Source: Eledone cirrhosa
Taxonomy: Eukaryota
Length of the DNA: 64,000 nt
Direction of reading: 5' to 3'
Assembly: GCA_964016885.1 (NCBI GenBank)
Contig: OZ024750.1
Location: 13,702,001-13,766,000 of the forward strand
The notes under the pieces: generated by a model
The model's input: only the letters and a program-made list of their open reading frames with translations
Told to the model about the DNA's origin: nothing
Database searches by the model: none
Made by a program: the position numbers and the translations under genes
Part shown: piece after piece, positions 1 through 12,147 of the stretch
Layout of the letters: the number at the start of each line of letters is the position of its first letter
Position numbering within the stretch: the first letter of the stretch is position 1

Positions 1-162
1 GATACTATTAATTTCAAATCATTCTGAAAACAATAAAAAAACTTGGTGTGTTTAACAATAAACTTTCACATTGTCAAGTTACTGTTTGGAATATAACTTA
101 TAGATTCTTACATAAAATTATGATAAAATTATTTTTAGATAAATATACACACACACACACAT

Positions 163-223
<61 letters not shown>

Positions 224-377
224 ATAGAACAGAGCACTTTATGCAATATCTGTATGTTATAATATGATTATATTATATGGTTATCTTTTGCTGTTACCAT
301 TGGTTTCCAATTCTGCATTTGGCTCACACAGACACACACACACACACACACATGCGCGTGTGTATGTGTGTATATAA

Positions 378-421
<44 letters not shown>

Positions 422-976
422 TATAGAGAGAGAGAGCAGACAGACAGAGAGTGAGAGACAGGGAGAGTGTGAGAGAGAGATAGAAAGATAGAGACAGTGA
501 GAGATAGAGAGTAAGAGATAGAGAAGGAGAGGGAGAGAGTGATAGATAGATAGATAGATAGAGAGATAGAAAGTGAGAAATTAAAGCTAACTTGAATTTG
601 TGTGTGAAGAATCACATGTATGAATAAAGATTGAGATAATAAGTTTAGGTCTGCCACATTCTCTGTCTGACCAACATTCTGAATGCTGCATTGTACACAC
701 ATACACAGAGACACAGAGGAGGGCTGGTTAACTTACTAATCAAATTATATTGAATACACATACATAAAAACACATCCACTCATGTACACATACAGACTTG
801 GTCAGATTGCTGATCACACATACATAAGTGTGTGTGTGTGTGTGTGTAATTTTATATACACATATATATATAGAGAGAGAGAGGGGGGAGTGGGGGATCA
901 GAGAGAGGGGAGAGAGAGGCTGGTTATAGTTGCATATGTATGTATACATAGATTGCAACCTAATCAAATATATATA

Positions 977-1312
977 TCATCATCATCATTTTACATCCGC
1001 TTTTCCCTGCTTGCAATGGTGGGATGGGAACTGATTCTGGCTTGATTTCTACAGCTGGATGCCCTTCCTAACACCAACCTCATTTACAGTGAGGGCTGGG
1101 TGCTTTTTTACCGTGGCACCTCCACGACCATTTTGCAGTGGAATGATAGGGAGCCCAGTCCCTATCATCTCATTTCTACAGCTGAGTAAACTGGAGCAAT
1201 GTGAAATAAAGTGTCTTGCTCAAGGAAACAACACATCACCTGGTCTGAGAATTGAACTCACAACATTTCGTTTGCAAGGCCAATGCTCTAACTACTAAGC
1301 CATGTGCCTCCA
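977..1312 (-). mobile_element. tRNA-derived SINE family B with RTE-type (GAT)n tail
   Basis: Minus strand: GGAGGCACATGGCTTAGT (A box), GAGTTCAATTC (B box), CCTTGAGCAAGACACTT core, tail ...GTAAAATGATGATG; flanked by (TA)n. Confidence 0.85.
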
Positions 1313-1329
1313 TATATATAAATTGATCC

Positions 1330-1735
1330 ACTCCTATGAAAAACTGCGGAGGATATGTGACGGCTGGAGAGAAATGATGCAAGCATACTCTGATGGATGT
1401 GCAATGTCAATGTGTGTGAACGACCAAGCATGGACGAGTCAAGAGAGAAACTGTGTACAAGAGGGATAAACTGTAGTGTGCGGGAGAGAAGAGTGCATTC
1501 GTGTGATGCGCATGGAAGATGACCGTTGGGTGAAGAAGTGTCAAGAAATCTCAGTGGAAGGAAGACGCAGTGGAGGAAGACCAAGAAAATCATGGGCGGA
1601 GGTGGTGAGAGCCGACCTCATGTCACTGAAGCTCACAGAGGAGATGATGAAGGACAAATGGAGAGAGATGCTGTGCTGAAAAGGACCCATCCCACCCTTG
1701 CAAGCAAAGAAAAGCAGACGTAAAATGATGATGAT
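1330..1735 (+). mobile_element. RTE-clade LINE 3' fragment
   Basis: VMRMEDDRWVKKCQEISVEGRRSGGRPRKSWAEVVRADL; tail GTAAAATGATGATGAT. Confidence 0.85.
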
Positions 1736-1849
1736 ATATACATATCAAATTATAACTGCGAGGAAACGATAGACAAAAATATACTTATATATGTGTGTGT
1801 GTATGTGTGTGTGTGTGTGAAAAAACAAAAACCCAAATCATTCCAACTA

Positions 1850-2159
1850 AACAAGACAACTGGTCTTGATAATGCTCTTACATTATCTTCAGCGCTAGCT
1901 TCTATCTGCAGCCATCTGAAAGTTTTGCAACAAAGATTTGTTTGAATCTCTAGAAACATACAACAGTGTGTGTTGTTATCTAAAGAAACAAACCTGTCTG
2001 ATTGTCATTTCCAACATTTCAAAGATGATAGAAACATTAATAAACAACCATATCTTTCATCAACTTCAGTTTCATTCTCCTTTCACAATGACTTCTGCTG
2101 TGGATGCTTATATAACTAGATCTATTAAAAACTTGCTCTCCTGTGGGACACATAAATGA
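1850..2159 (+). mobile_element. Decayed non-LTR (CR1/Jockey-like) reverse-transcriptase fragment, continuing after the array at ~3301-3350
   Basis: ISNISKMIETLINNHIFHQL...RSIKNLLSCGTHK, then LENFSESNTVA after the array; resembles RT motifs LS.ISKVME..IN / RST.DLL..VTHKW / LD.FGES..VALD. Confidence 0.55.
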
Positions 2160-3300
2160 TATAGCTAGATCTATTAAAAACTTGCTCTCCTGTGGGATAC
2201 ACAAATGATATAGCTAGATCTATTAAAAACTTGGTCTCCTGTGAGACACACAAGTGATATAGTTAGATCTCTTAACCCTTTAGCATTTACATTACTCTAT
2301 ATATACTATTGGATTTTCACGGTAAAGGCTTTACCTCATATAATTATCTCACATAATACTGAATCTATGAGATTTTGATGTTATTTACTTTGAGAAAAAT
2401 AGCTTAATATAAGTATGAGCAGCTAGTTATAGTCAGTTTGAATAGAAAGAGGTGAGAGAATTTTGGCCGGATACAGCTGGTTTAAATGCTAAAGGGTTAA
2501 AGCCTGTGGCACACACAAATGATATAGCTAGAGCTATTAAAACCTTGCTCTCCTGTGGGATACACAAATGATATAGCTAGAGCTATTAAAAACTTGCTCT
2601 CCTGTGGGATACACAAATGATATAGCTAGATCTATTAAATCTTTCTCTCCTGTGGCACACATAAATGATATAGCTAGATCTATTAAATCTTTCTCTCCTG
2701 TGGCACACATAAATGATATAGCTAGAGCTATTAAAAACTTGCTCTCCTGTGGGATACACAAATGATATAGCTAGAGCTATTAAAACCTTGCTCTCCTGTG
2801 GGATACACAAATGATATAGCTAGAGCTATTAAAAACTTGCTCTCCTGTGGGATACACAAATGATATAGCTAGAGCTATTAAAAACTTGCTCTCCTGTGGG
2901 ATACACAAATGATATAGCTAGATCTATTAAATCTTTCTCTCCTGTGGCACACATAAATGATATAGCTAGATCTATTAAATCTTTCTCTCCTGTGGCACAC
3001 ATAAATGATATAGCTAGAGCTATTAAAAACTTGCTCTCCTGTGGGATACACAAATGATATAGCTAGAGCTATTAAAACCTTGCTCTCCTGTGGGATACAC
3101 AAATGATATAGCTAGAGCTATTAAAAACTTGCTCTCCTGTGGGATACACAAATGATATAGCTAGAGCTATTAAAAACTTGCTCTCCTGTGGGATACACAA
3201 ATGATATAGCTAGAGCTATTAAAACCTTGCTCTCCCGTGGGACACATAAATGATATAGCTAGATCTATTAAAAACTTGCTCTCTTGTGGGACACACAAGT
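2110..3300. repeat. 49/48-bp minisatellite with 292-bp higher-order repeat, interrupted by a MITE
   Basis: Unit AAATGATATAGCTAGA(G/T)CTATTAAAAACTTGCTCTCCTGTGGGATACAC; near-identical ORFs offset by 292 bp (4x49+2x48). Confidence 0.97.
2272..2500. mobile_element. piggyBac-like MITE (TTAA TSD)
   Basis: TTAA-CCCTTTAGCATTTA ... TAAATGCTAAAGGG-TTAA; ~225 bp. Confidence 0.85.
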
Positions 3301-4694
3301 GACTTCTGGATTTAGAGAATTTCAGTGAAAGCAATACTGTTGCATCAGGCTTCTTCTAATAGTTCCTACTCCTTACCTGGAACTAATGATCAGAATAGAC
3401 TGTAGTCTTTTACAATGTTCTGTCGTTCTATAACTTGCAGTAAATTGAACACTAAACTGCATAGTCACTATTCTGTGAGGGCTTACAATGATTATGGATG
3501 TAAACTTTCTTCCTTCCATTGACTAATGAATAAAGAAGACCCCTACCTCAAAATAAACATACATATGTTATATGATGTCCATGTGCTTGTATAATATACA
3601 CGCATGAATATATGTATGGTGTATAGATGCATGTTGTAAAAAAGAAATGTTATCTGTCATAGGACACAAATATTTAATTATTTCGACATCGTAAAGAGTA
3701 GTTTGTGGTGGTGGTTGTTGTGGTATGTGTGCTAGCTGGGAAATATAAATAATCAACCCACTCCACATCTAAGACAATTTTCTTTTTTGTCTGTGCCACA
3801 AAAAAGAAACTTTTCTGGATGTTTGTTTAAGATAAATAGTTGAGTAGCTGAGAAGTGGTGAGTGTCTTCTTTGACACAGTGTGTGTGCTTTCACCATACT
3901 TGTCTTGTTAGTGTATCTAATTATATAAACTTTTCAATCCAGAGACACTACATTACACTAGTGTGATTTTTTTCTTTTTTTTATATATTTTTGGCACTTT
4001 TGTGATCTCACACAATTATGAACATACTCACACCACAGGCTTAGCCTCTCCCTTCAAACCACACCAATAAAAAGACATACAACAGCGACTGTCCTAGGAA
4101 GTGGTGGTGGTGATTTCCTATAAGAATATTCAGCTTATCATATCTGCTTATGATCATGTCAATCCCCAAACCACATTGAACTGTATTGGACAAAATGCTT
4201 TGTGGTATTTGTTCCAGCTCTCTGTGTTCTGGGTTGAAATCCCATTGAAGTCCCAATGAAGTACAATACCAGTTCAGGGAGATGGATTGTCAGAATTGCT
4301 AAAAAAAATTAGGCTTTTGACATTGTGAGTTCAAACGATGCAGTGGGCTGGGTGGGAGTAGATTTAATCTATCACCCAGTTTAACACTATCACCTACTCC
4401 TTGGGTACCTTTAGTGGAGTCAACTCAGTGATAAACATTGAGAACAGGTCACCAGTGTGATGTTAGCTTCCTCTCACCTTCCTACCAGTCTCAAAGACCC
4501 TACAAATGGTCACAAAATCTGTTTTTAATGGAGAACAGGACATATTTATAATTGACCACTGTATAACTAGTACATTTGTTTTCTTGACACTAAAAGGAAG
4601 AAAAGAAATAATCCCTAATAGAATTTAAATTCAAAATAAAAAGATACAACATTAAATTTAATAATACTAACAATGATTTCTAGGAGTCATAATA

Positions 4695-4898
4695 ATATTG
4701 GCACAAGGCCAGCAATTTGGAGGCAGGGAGAAGTGAATTATATTGACCCTAGTACTTAACTGGTATTTTATTTTATTGACCCAGGAAGGATGAAAGGTAA
4801 AGTTGACTTTGGCAAGTTTTGAACTAAGAACATAGAAAATAGTCACTGAATACTGCTAAGCATTTTGTCTGCTACTCCCCTGACACTGCCATTCCACT
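4695..4898 (-). mobile_element. SINE family A, diverged
   Basis: GGCACAAGGCCAGCAAT...GGATGAAAGGTAAAGTTGAC...TTTGAACT. Confidence 0.7.
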
Positions 4899-5397
4899 GG
4901 GAATTTTTAAAGAGAAAGGACTGTTTAATTATTAAATTGAGTCCTGTTTTGTGTGTTTTAATAAGATTATAGACAGTAGGGAGCTTGTTGTTTCTGGTGG
5001 TGAAGATCAGTACTTCCTGCCAAAAAAGATTTTTACGATGAATTTTTCAAATGTTTGGGGTCTCATAACTTAACTAGCACAGGGTCTCATTTGTCCTAAA
5101 TCCGGCACTGATGAATATGTTTTTAATCTTATTTAAGGGACTTCCACAGCTACAGATATTAGACCAACTGGTATTAATGGTGACATTTATCTGGTTAAAA
5201 GAGATGTTGACCTACAGTTTAATAGTTCCAATTTTTCAATTGTTAGGGAGCCAGATAGGTTGTTTGTAGGTTTATTGGTGGTGCCAGTAGTTCCATTAGA
5301 ACGTATTAGTGCTGGTGTTGTAGTTAACAGAGCGGCAGTAGTGCTTATGTAGAATCCATTGGAACTTGCAAATCGATTATGATAGCATATGTTAATC

Positions 5398-5430
<33 letters not shown>

Positions 5431-5544
5431 TATATATATATACATATATACACACACATATATAGATACACACATATACATAGACACACACATATATATA
5501 TACATATATATACACAAAAAACAAAAAAAAAAAAAAATAGACGG

Positions 5545-6082
5545 TAGCCACGGAGTAGGCAGACCCAGAAAAACCTGGGACGACTTGATAAATTCCGACC
5601 TCACACACTTACACCTCTCCAAGACAATGTCATTGGACCGAGATCTTTGGCGCTACACAGTTATACAGAAGACCCGCCTTGCCTAAGTACAAAGCAAAAC
5701 CTACAGTCAGTAGGCACCTCTAACAAAATACACCCCCGTCCCACTACCCCCACCCCATCCACACCACCCCCTTAAATGTGAAGTTATGTTGGTACCACAA
5801 CATCCAGTCCGAAACAAATGAGGTCGTGTAGGTGTCACGACAAAAAACACACACAGTCCACGCTGTAATGTGGCCGTGTAGGTAACAAGGTAAAAACCTC
5901 CCAGTTCCACACTGTAAACGTGGTTGGTGTTAGGAAGGGCATCCAGCCGTAGAAAACCCACCAGACAGTCCTATACGAGCAGGACAACCAATCTTGCCTC
6001 AAGTGGGAAAACTCCCGTCCAAACCCATGCAAGCGTGGAAGATAGACGTTAAACGATGATGATGATGATATTGATGATGATG
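5545..6082 (+). mobile_element. Second copy of the RTE-3'/SINE-tail element
   Basis: Collinear with ~39395-39941; ends GATGATGAT; flanked by TA/CA microsatellites. Confidence 0.78.
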
Positions 6083-6320
6083 ACACATATACACTGTATA
6101 TATATACATATATATATATATATATGCACGCACACATAAAAACAAGAAAAAAATAAATTGAAATAAAAACATTACAATTTTGTTATTCTGTAAAGAGCAA
6201 AAAAACCTATTCCAGAGAACACTTATGCAAAAATATAGAAATAATATTAATTATATATTGTAATACATATGACAAGGTAGAAAAGTAATTCGAAAAGGAA
6301 AATATTACATTATTTTTTAA

Positions 6321-6503
6321 TTGGCAGTATCGGTAGAGGGTCGGACGCCATGCTTTGATGCATAGAGTTACGGCCCTTGCCATTCTGAGTTCAAATCCCA
6401 CCGAGGTTAGCTTTGCCTTTCATCCTTACGGGGGTCGATAAAATAAAGTACCAGTAATGCACTGGGGTAATTGCTGGCCTTGTGCCAAAAGTAGAAACAA
6501 TTA
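6321..6503 (+). mobile_element. tRNA-derived SINE family A
   Basis: TGGCAGTATCGG A box, GAGTTCAAATCC B box, CTTTGCCTTTCATCCTTACGGGGTCGATAAAATAAAGTACCAGT core. Confidence 0.86.
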
Positions 6504-6689
6504 TTTGTTATATGTATTACAATAATTAATATTATTTCTGTAATATTCTTGCATATATACATATATAGAGAGAGAAAGGATTATAGACTGATGTGTAACG
6601 CATGCGATGAAACACGTGCCAGTGTTATGCAATAAATGTTATTCCCATGCTTCTGGAATGTGATGTTTTAAATAATAATTTTGTAAATT

Positions 6690-6744
<55 letters not shown>

Positions 6745-6829
6745 AAAAAGTAAACAGAAATAACAAAACAAACAACACAGTACAGTGAAGAAATATATTA
6801 GTTTAACACTTGAAATAATAGAAAAAGAG

Positions 6830-6865
6830 TCTTAATGTTTCGGACAGTAGTCCTTCATCAGAGGA
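6830..6865 (-). ncRNA. Second, more degenerate minimal hammerhead-like motif
   Basis: TCCT-CTGATGA-A-GGAC-TACT-GTCC-GAAA-CATT-AAGA, inside a repeat (~6745-6910) homologous to ~41953-42105. Confidence 0.5.
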
Positions 6866-7095
6866 TAGATCAAGAAATACATGATAAAATAGAAAGATAG
6901 AGAGTGAGAAGAGGAAGGGAAAAAAAATTGGAGAAAAAAAAGCACGTGTGTATTCTGTCAGCCATTGTGTGTGTGTGTGTGTGTGCGTGCGTGCGCGTGT
7001 GTGTGTATATATTCGTGTGGTAATAATAACATTATATTATTATTCATGAATACATTTAAGTGTTCACCATGTTAGAACAAAAACAAATTTTGTTT

Positions 7096-7127
<32 letters not shown>

Positions 7128-7449
7128 ATCTTCATCATTGATTAATGTCTATCTTGCATGCTAGCATGGGTTAGATGGGTTTGTCCCATTTAGAGACAAG
7201 TTGGTTCGAGTGACCGTGTCTCGCTCATATAGGAGTGTTTCTGGTTGGTTTTCTACAGATGGATGCCCTTCCTAACGCCAACCACATTGACAGTGTGTGC
7301 TGGGTGCTTTTTACCATGTCTTTTACTTTTCCACTTTACAGTGTGGGCTGGGTGTTTTTTTGTTGTGACACCTACACGATCACTTTAATGCATAAGATGA
7401 TTGACTCACCTTGACAGATGATAGCCATCTCATCATCTCAATTCCTGCA

Positions 7450-7810
7450 GGTCTACACCCTCCCATACACAGGAAGTGACTTTTCAATCCAGCAAAAAAA
7501 AAAAGCAAGATCAAAACCTGGGGTTTGTGACTGAAGTGGCTGGAGGCAGAGAAAGTCACAACATGTGACATCCCAGATAAGGGATCTACCTCCTTCAAAT
7601 GAGAAAAATGTAATTCTGTTAAGGTGCTTGCCATCTCTGCTGGCTCCTTGTTGAGGAAACTGGCCTGCACTCTGGTGGCAAGACAGTGGGTGCAGGCCAA
7701 ACTTGTTGACGACAGCCCCATAACAGCAACTGTGTGGCTCACACATGCGAAGGCCACTCTCATACAAAAGCACTCATTATCAAGATGGTTGCTGGTTGAT
7801 GAGGAGGGCA
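7450..7810 (-). mobile_element. CRE-like RLE fragment
   Basis: SRDGKHLNRITFFSFEGGRSLIWDVTCCD; nucleotide similarity to 56330-56385. Confidence 0.68.
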
Positions 7811-8084
7811 CCAAATTGAGACACTCACTGTTATTTGGCTACAAAGCAGATTGGAGGCAGGTGAGACAGTTAGAATTATATATATATATAGAGAGAGAGA
7901 GAGCTGAGTTCACCAGTTATTTTAATTCTGGTTTTAAAATCATATAATACTTTATCTTATTCCCAAGAAATATTTTGTAAGATATTAATATAAGTCATTA
8001 AAATATTTAATTTACATCGTTGTGTGGATTTATTAATTTAAACGTGTGTACGTAGTTAACTATAATAATTGTTTCTACGTTAGT

Positions 8085-8325
8085 GGAGGCATGTGGCCTA
8101 GTGGTAAGGGTGTTGGACTTATGATCATAATGTCGTGTGTTCGATTCCTGGGTTGTGTGTTGTGTTCTTGAGCAAAACACTTCATTTCACGTTGCTCCAG
8201 TATACCCAGCTGAAAATGAGTATCAGCAATAGCTAGGGGTTTAACCCTGCGATGGACTGGCGTCTTGTCCAGGAGGAAGTCTTGTACTCTCAGTCGCTTG
8301 ACGCCATGAAACCGGGATAAGCATC
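8085..8325 (+). mobile_element. tRNA-derived SINE (family B-related head and core)
   Basis: TGGCCTAGTGG A box, GTTCGATTCC B box, CTTGAGCAAAACACTT core. Confidence 0.78.
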
Positions 8326-9757
8326 TTTTTTTTTACATTTGACACAAGGCCAGTAATTTTAAGGGATGAGGAAAGTCGATTAAATCGACCCCAGTGCGTT
8401 ACTGGTACTTTATTTTATCGACTCAGTACGGATGAAAGGCAAAGTTAACCTCGACGAGAATTAATTATAACAGTAATAATAGTATACTTGCTATTATTTA
8501 GATGTCAATTATTGGGTAAATTAACTTCAAACAAACATCCTAAATTACGTGATAACATATAATTACTTCTAAATTATAATAATGACCATTATAACAATTT
8601 CTATTATTTTGACATATGAGACACTATTAATAATATAAAATACATAATGTTATTATAATATAATCATCGTCATAACTATATATTATCTCTCTAAATTGAC
8701 TATTCTCGCTTATAATTGGGATATAATTAATGTCTAACGCATTATTACGTTTACAAATATCAATCTATTATATTGTAAATAGCTTATATACATATTTTGG
8801 TTTGTTGAAATTATGTAACGAAAACCTTTACATGTTTGATTGTTCATGTTTTCTTATTTAATTCACAATTTTTAAATCTATAATTATGTCTTGAACATTT
8901 CATGGCAACTGAAAAAGTTATCGCTATAAATATTTACAACTTTTTAATGCTGTAACGTTTTATAATACCTTATTTTACCCTTGTGGCGAATAAAGAGATC
9001 ATTAAGAAGATTTAATAATTTCCTCTTGGCATCAATTAAGAAAATAATTGTTCATACGTTATAGATATATCGAAAAGGTTTTCAAAGTTTGAGTAAAAGT
9101 TTATTAAACTGTAAGAGTTTGCTAACATGTAGTTACAGTAAATGTTCTATAAGTGGGAAGCGTGTAAATGACAAATTGTAATATTCACTCTTCAGACTAA
9201 ACAAATGTAACACAGATCTAGAATGCTAATAATAATATAAGTGGATCGTCATTCTAAAAATAACATAATTTTGGAATGGCTAAAGTAGTTTTCCTTTCTT
9301 TTCTGATCCTTTACAAACTAAACAGACATTTAGTTTTACTTGATCTTGATCATTTTTTTTTTTTAAACGAAAAAACTTTTTAACAAAAAGTGAACATTTT
9401 TTTCCTTTTTAATTCATATAAATATAAAGTGTACTTTAAATTAACAACCTGTTACAAAAATTAAAAGATTACAAATAGAATTGTTGAGGAAGAAAACACA
9501 TCTTTAGACACTTCTTTTGGAACTGTTACATCACTACAGAACAATTTTACATGGAAACTAATCCTTGGCTGGGTAGGAAAGAACGACAGAGAACTTTTAG
9601 ATGAAACCTATCAAATATGAGTGAATGTCAATGGGAAATATATTTCAGTGTATGTATTTGTACTGTTATATATGTGTGTGTGTGTGTATGTGTCTGTCTG
9701 TGTAAATATGATCGTATGTCAATGCGAAATATTTCTCAATCGAGTTATACACACACT

Positions 9758-10095
<338 letters not shown>

Positions 10096-10546
10096 GATAA
10101 ATCTACCAAAATATACGGTAGTATATATGTGTGTGTATGTATGTATGTATGTATATATGTGTGTAAATATGAGTATATGTCAATATGAAATATATCTCAA
10201 TCGAGGTATATACACATAAATATATATATATTTACCATATATATATACATGTATATATACATATATATATATATGAGTGTATGTCAATGTGAATACATAT
10301 ATATTATATATATATATATTATACATGTATGTGTGTGTGTGCGTGTGATAACTAAAACTTTTACATTCCTGAAAATAACAACAGAAATGTTTTTTGACAA
10401 CATCGACTTCTAACTAGTTTTTCCTAGTTAAAAGAAAGGAAAAAACGCCGCAAAACAGTTACGTTACATTCTCTCCTTCCGGAACTTTCATATTAATTAT
10501 TTTAATATGCAACAAGACGGATAAAAACTTAGTTGAAATGTCTTAC

Positions 10547-10600
10547 CTTCACTTCCGAGACAGTATAAAGTTGCTGCCATTTTAGTGACGTCACTATTGC
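10547..10600 (-). promoter_or_regulatory. Candidate promoter and first exon of an unidentified minus-strand gene
   Basis: 14-bp palindrome TAGTGACGTCACTA (10583-10596); AAAATGGC (YY1/Kozak-like) ATG at 10580; MAATLYCLGSE then AAG|GTAAGA donor; ETS core CGGAAGT inside. Confidence 0.5.
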
Positions 10601-11014
10601 TAAATTGCAGCAATTAGGCCAACACTACTTACAACTATAGAAAGCATGCTTTTCACTTAACAACGCACTACCCTCTCTCTTTCCCTCTTTCTTGTCTTGG
10701 ATCTCTCTCTCTCGTCGCGTTTCTCTTTCTTTCTCTTCCTCTCTCGTCTCGCTACTCTTTATTTTTCTTCCTCTCCCGACTTATTTCTTCTCTCTTTTTC
10801 TTTTACTATCTCTAATCTCTGTTATCTTTCTCTTTCTTCTTCTCCCTCTTGTCTTGGTTCTCTCTCTCTCTCTCTCTCTCTTCCGTCTCAGTTCTCTCAC
10901 ACACACACTCACTCTCTCTATCGTTCTCTACGCATATGAATGTTCACTCACGTTCTGTCTATCACATGTATATCTCTCTCACTCTTATATATACATATAT
11001 ACACACATATATAT

Positions 11015-11058
<44 letters not shown>

Positions 11059-11482
11059 CTAAATTATACTTTTTTTCTGTCTGGATTTTTCTTTCTATTT
11101 ATCACTAACTTTTCCACAATGAATATATATATTATCTACTTTCTTAACTTTTAGTTTTCTGCCTCCATCTCACTCTCTATCTCTTTCCTCCTCAATACGT
11201 CTCTCTCTCTCTCTCTCTCTCGTTGCCCCTCAAACTCTTAATTTTTCTCCTCATTTCTCGCTTCCTTCCTCTTTATTTATTTATTTATTTATTTATTTTG
11301 TCTGACATTATCTCCAGCTTCTCATTTTTTTCTTCTTCCCCGCACAATTTCACCACTCACCTTCTTTCTCTCTCTCCCCCTCTCTCTCTACATACATACA
11401 TACATACACACATACATACATACATATATATATATCCTTTTATTCCCGCCACTCTATCTTTCTATCTATATATGTGTGAATG

Positions 11483-11513
<31 letters not shown>

Positions 11514-11805
11514 ATGCGTATACACACACACATATATATATATATATAGTATAATTAAATTTTCATGCACCTAACGTGTATGTGCGGTGCGACTTTAGGT
11601 TTTGGAATCCAGTTATGGCCACCACTGTGTAATGGAGGACCCGTTCTAATACTGGCCTCTAATCCGGTGCTAGGACAAAATTATATATTCTTTCTAGTTT
11701 TAAATATATAACATTTGCAAAACATGTATGTATGCATGTATATATGCATTCACGTGTGTGCATGTATATGTGCATACACGTGTGTGTGTGTGTATATATA
11801 TATTA

Positions 11806-12147
11806 CCCGCCTCTTAATGAGAGTGCAAAACCTATCCTGGAAACGACATCCCACCTTGTCTAAAATCTATGGCAAACTCCCTCGAGCTTCTGCCCTTCTA
11901 AAATCCCGGTGAGCTCAATTTGCTGGCCACTGTCACCGTACCAGCAATGAAATCATATCCGCTTTCTTGCTCTGGAACCCTGACTCCAGCCTGACTAGGA
12001 GTAGGAAGCTGTCATTCCCTGACGTTATCTCTAGGGATACGGGAATCAGTAGACGGGACCTGGGGGCAGCGATGGGGGACATTGAATTCTGCTGCATGAG
12101 AGTGAGATCCATCATCTCGACAGTAGTCGACGAATGATGATGATGAT
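11806..12147 (+). mobile_element. RTE-like LINE 3' end (second family)
   Basis: RLLMRVQNLSWKRHPTLSKIYGKLP..S..LKSR*AQFAGHCHR...LLW; (GAT)n tail; inserted in (TA)n. Confidence 0.72.

Noticed and set aside
2110-3300. CRISPR array or repeated 74-aa ORFs
   Set aside because: There are no unique spacers, and the 49/48-bp periods shift frame, so the ORFs are by-products of the repeat.
3371-3380. Consensus minus-strand donor CAG|GTAAGG
   Set aside because: Lies in or next to a LINE remnant, with no matching acceptor or open exon found.
6321-6420. tRNA genes at A-box/B-box motifs
   Set aside because: The boxes belong to SINE heads followed by family cores; no cloverleaf could be drawn.
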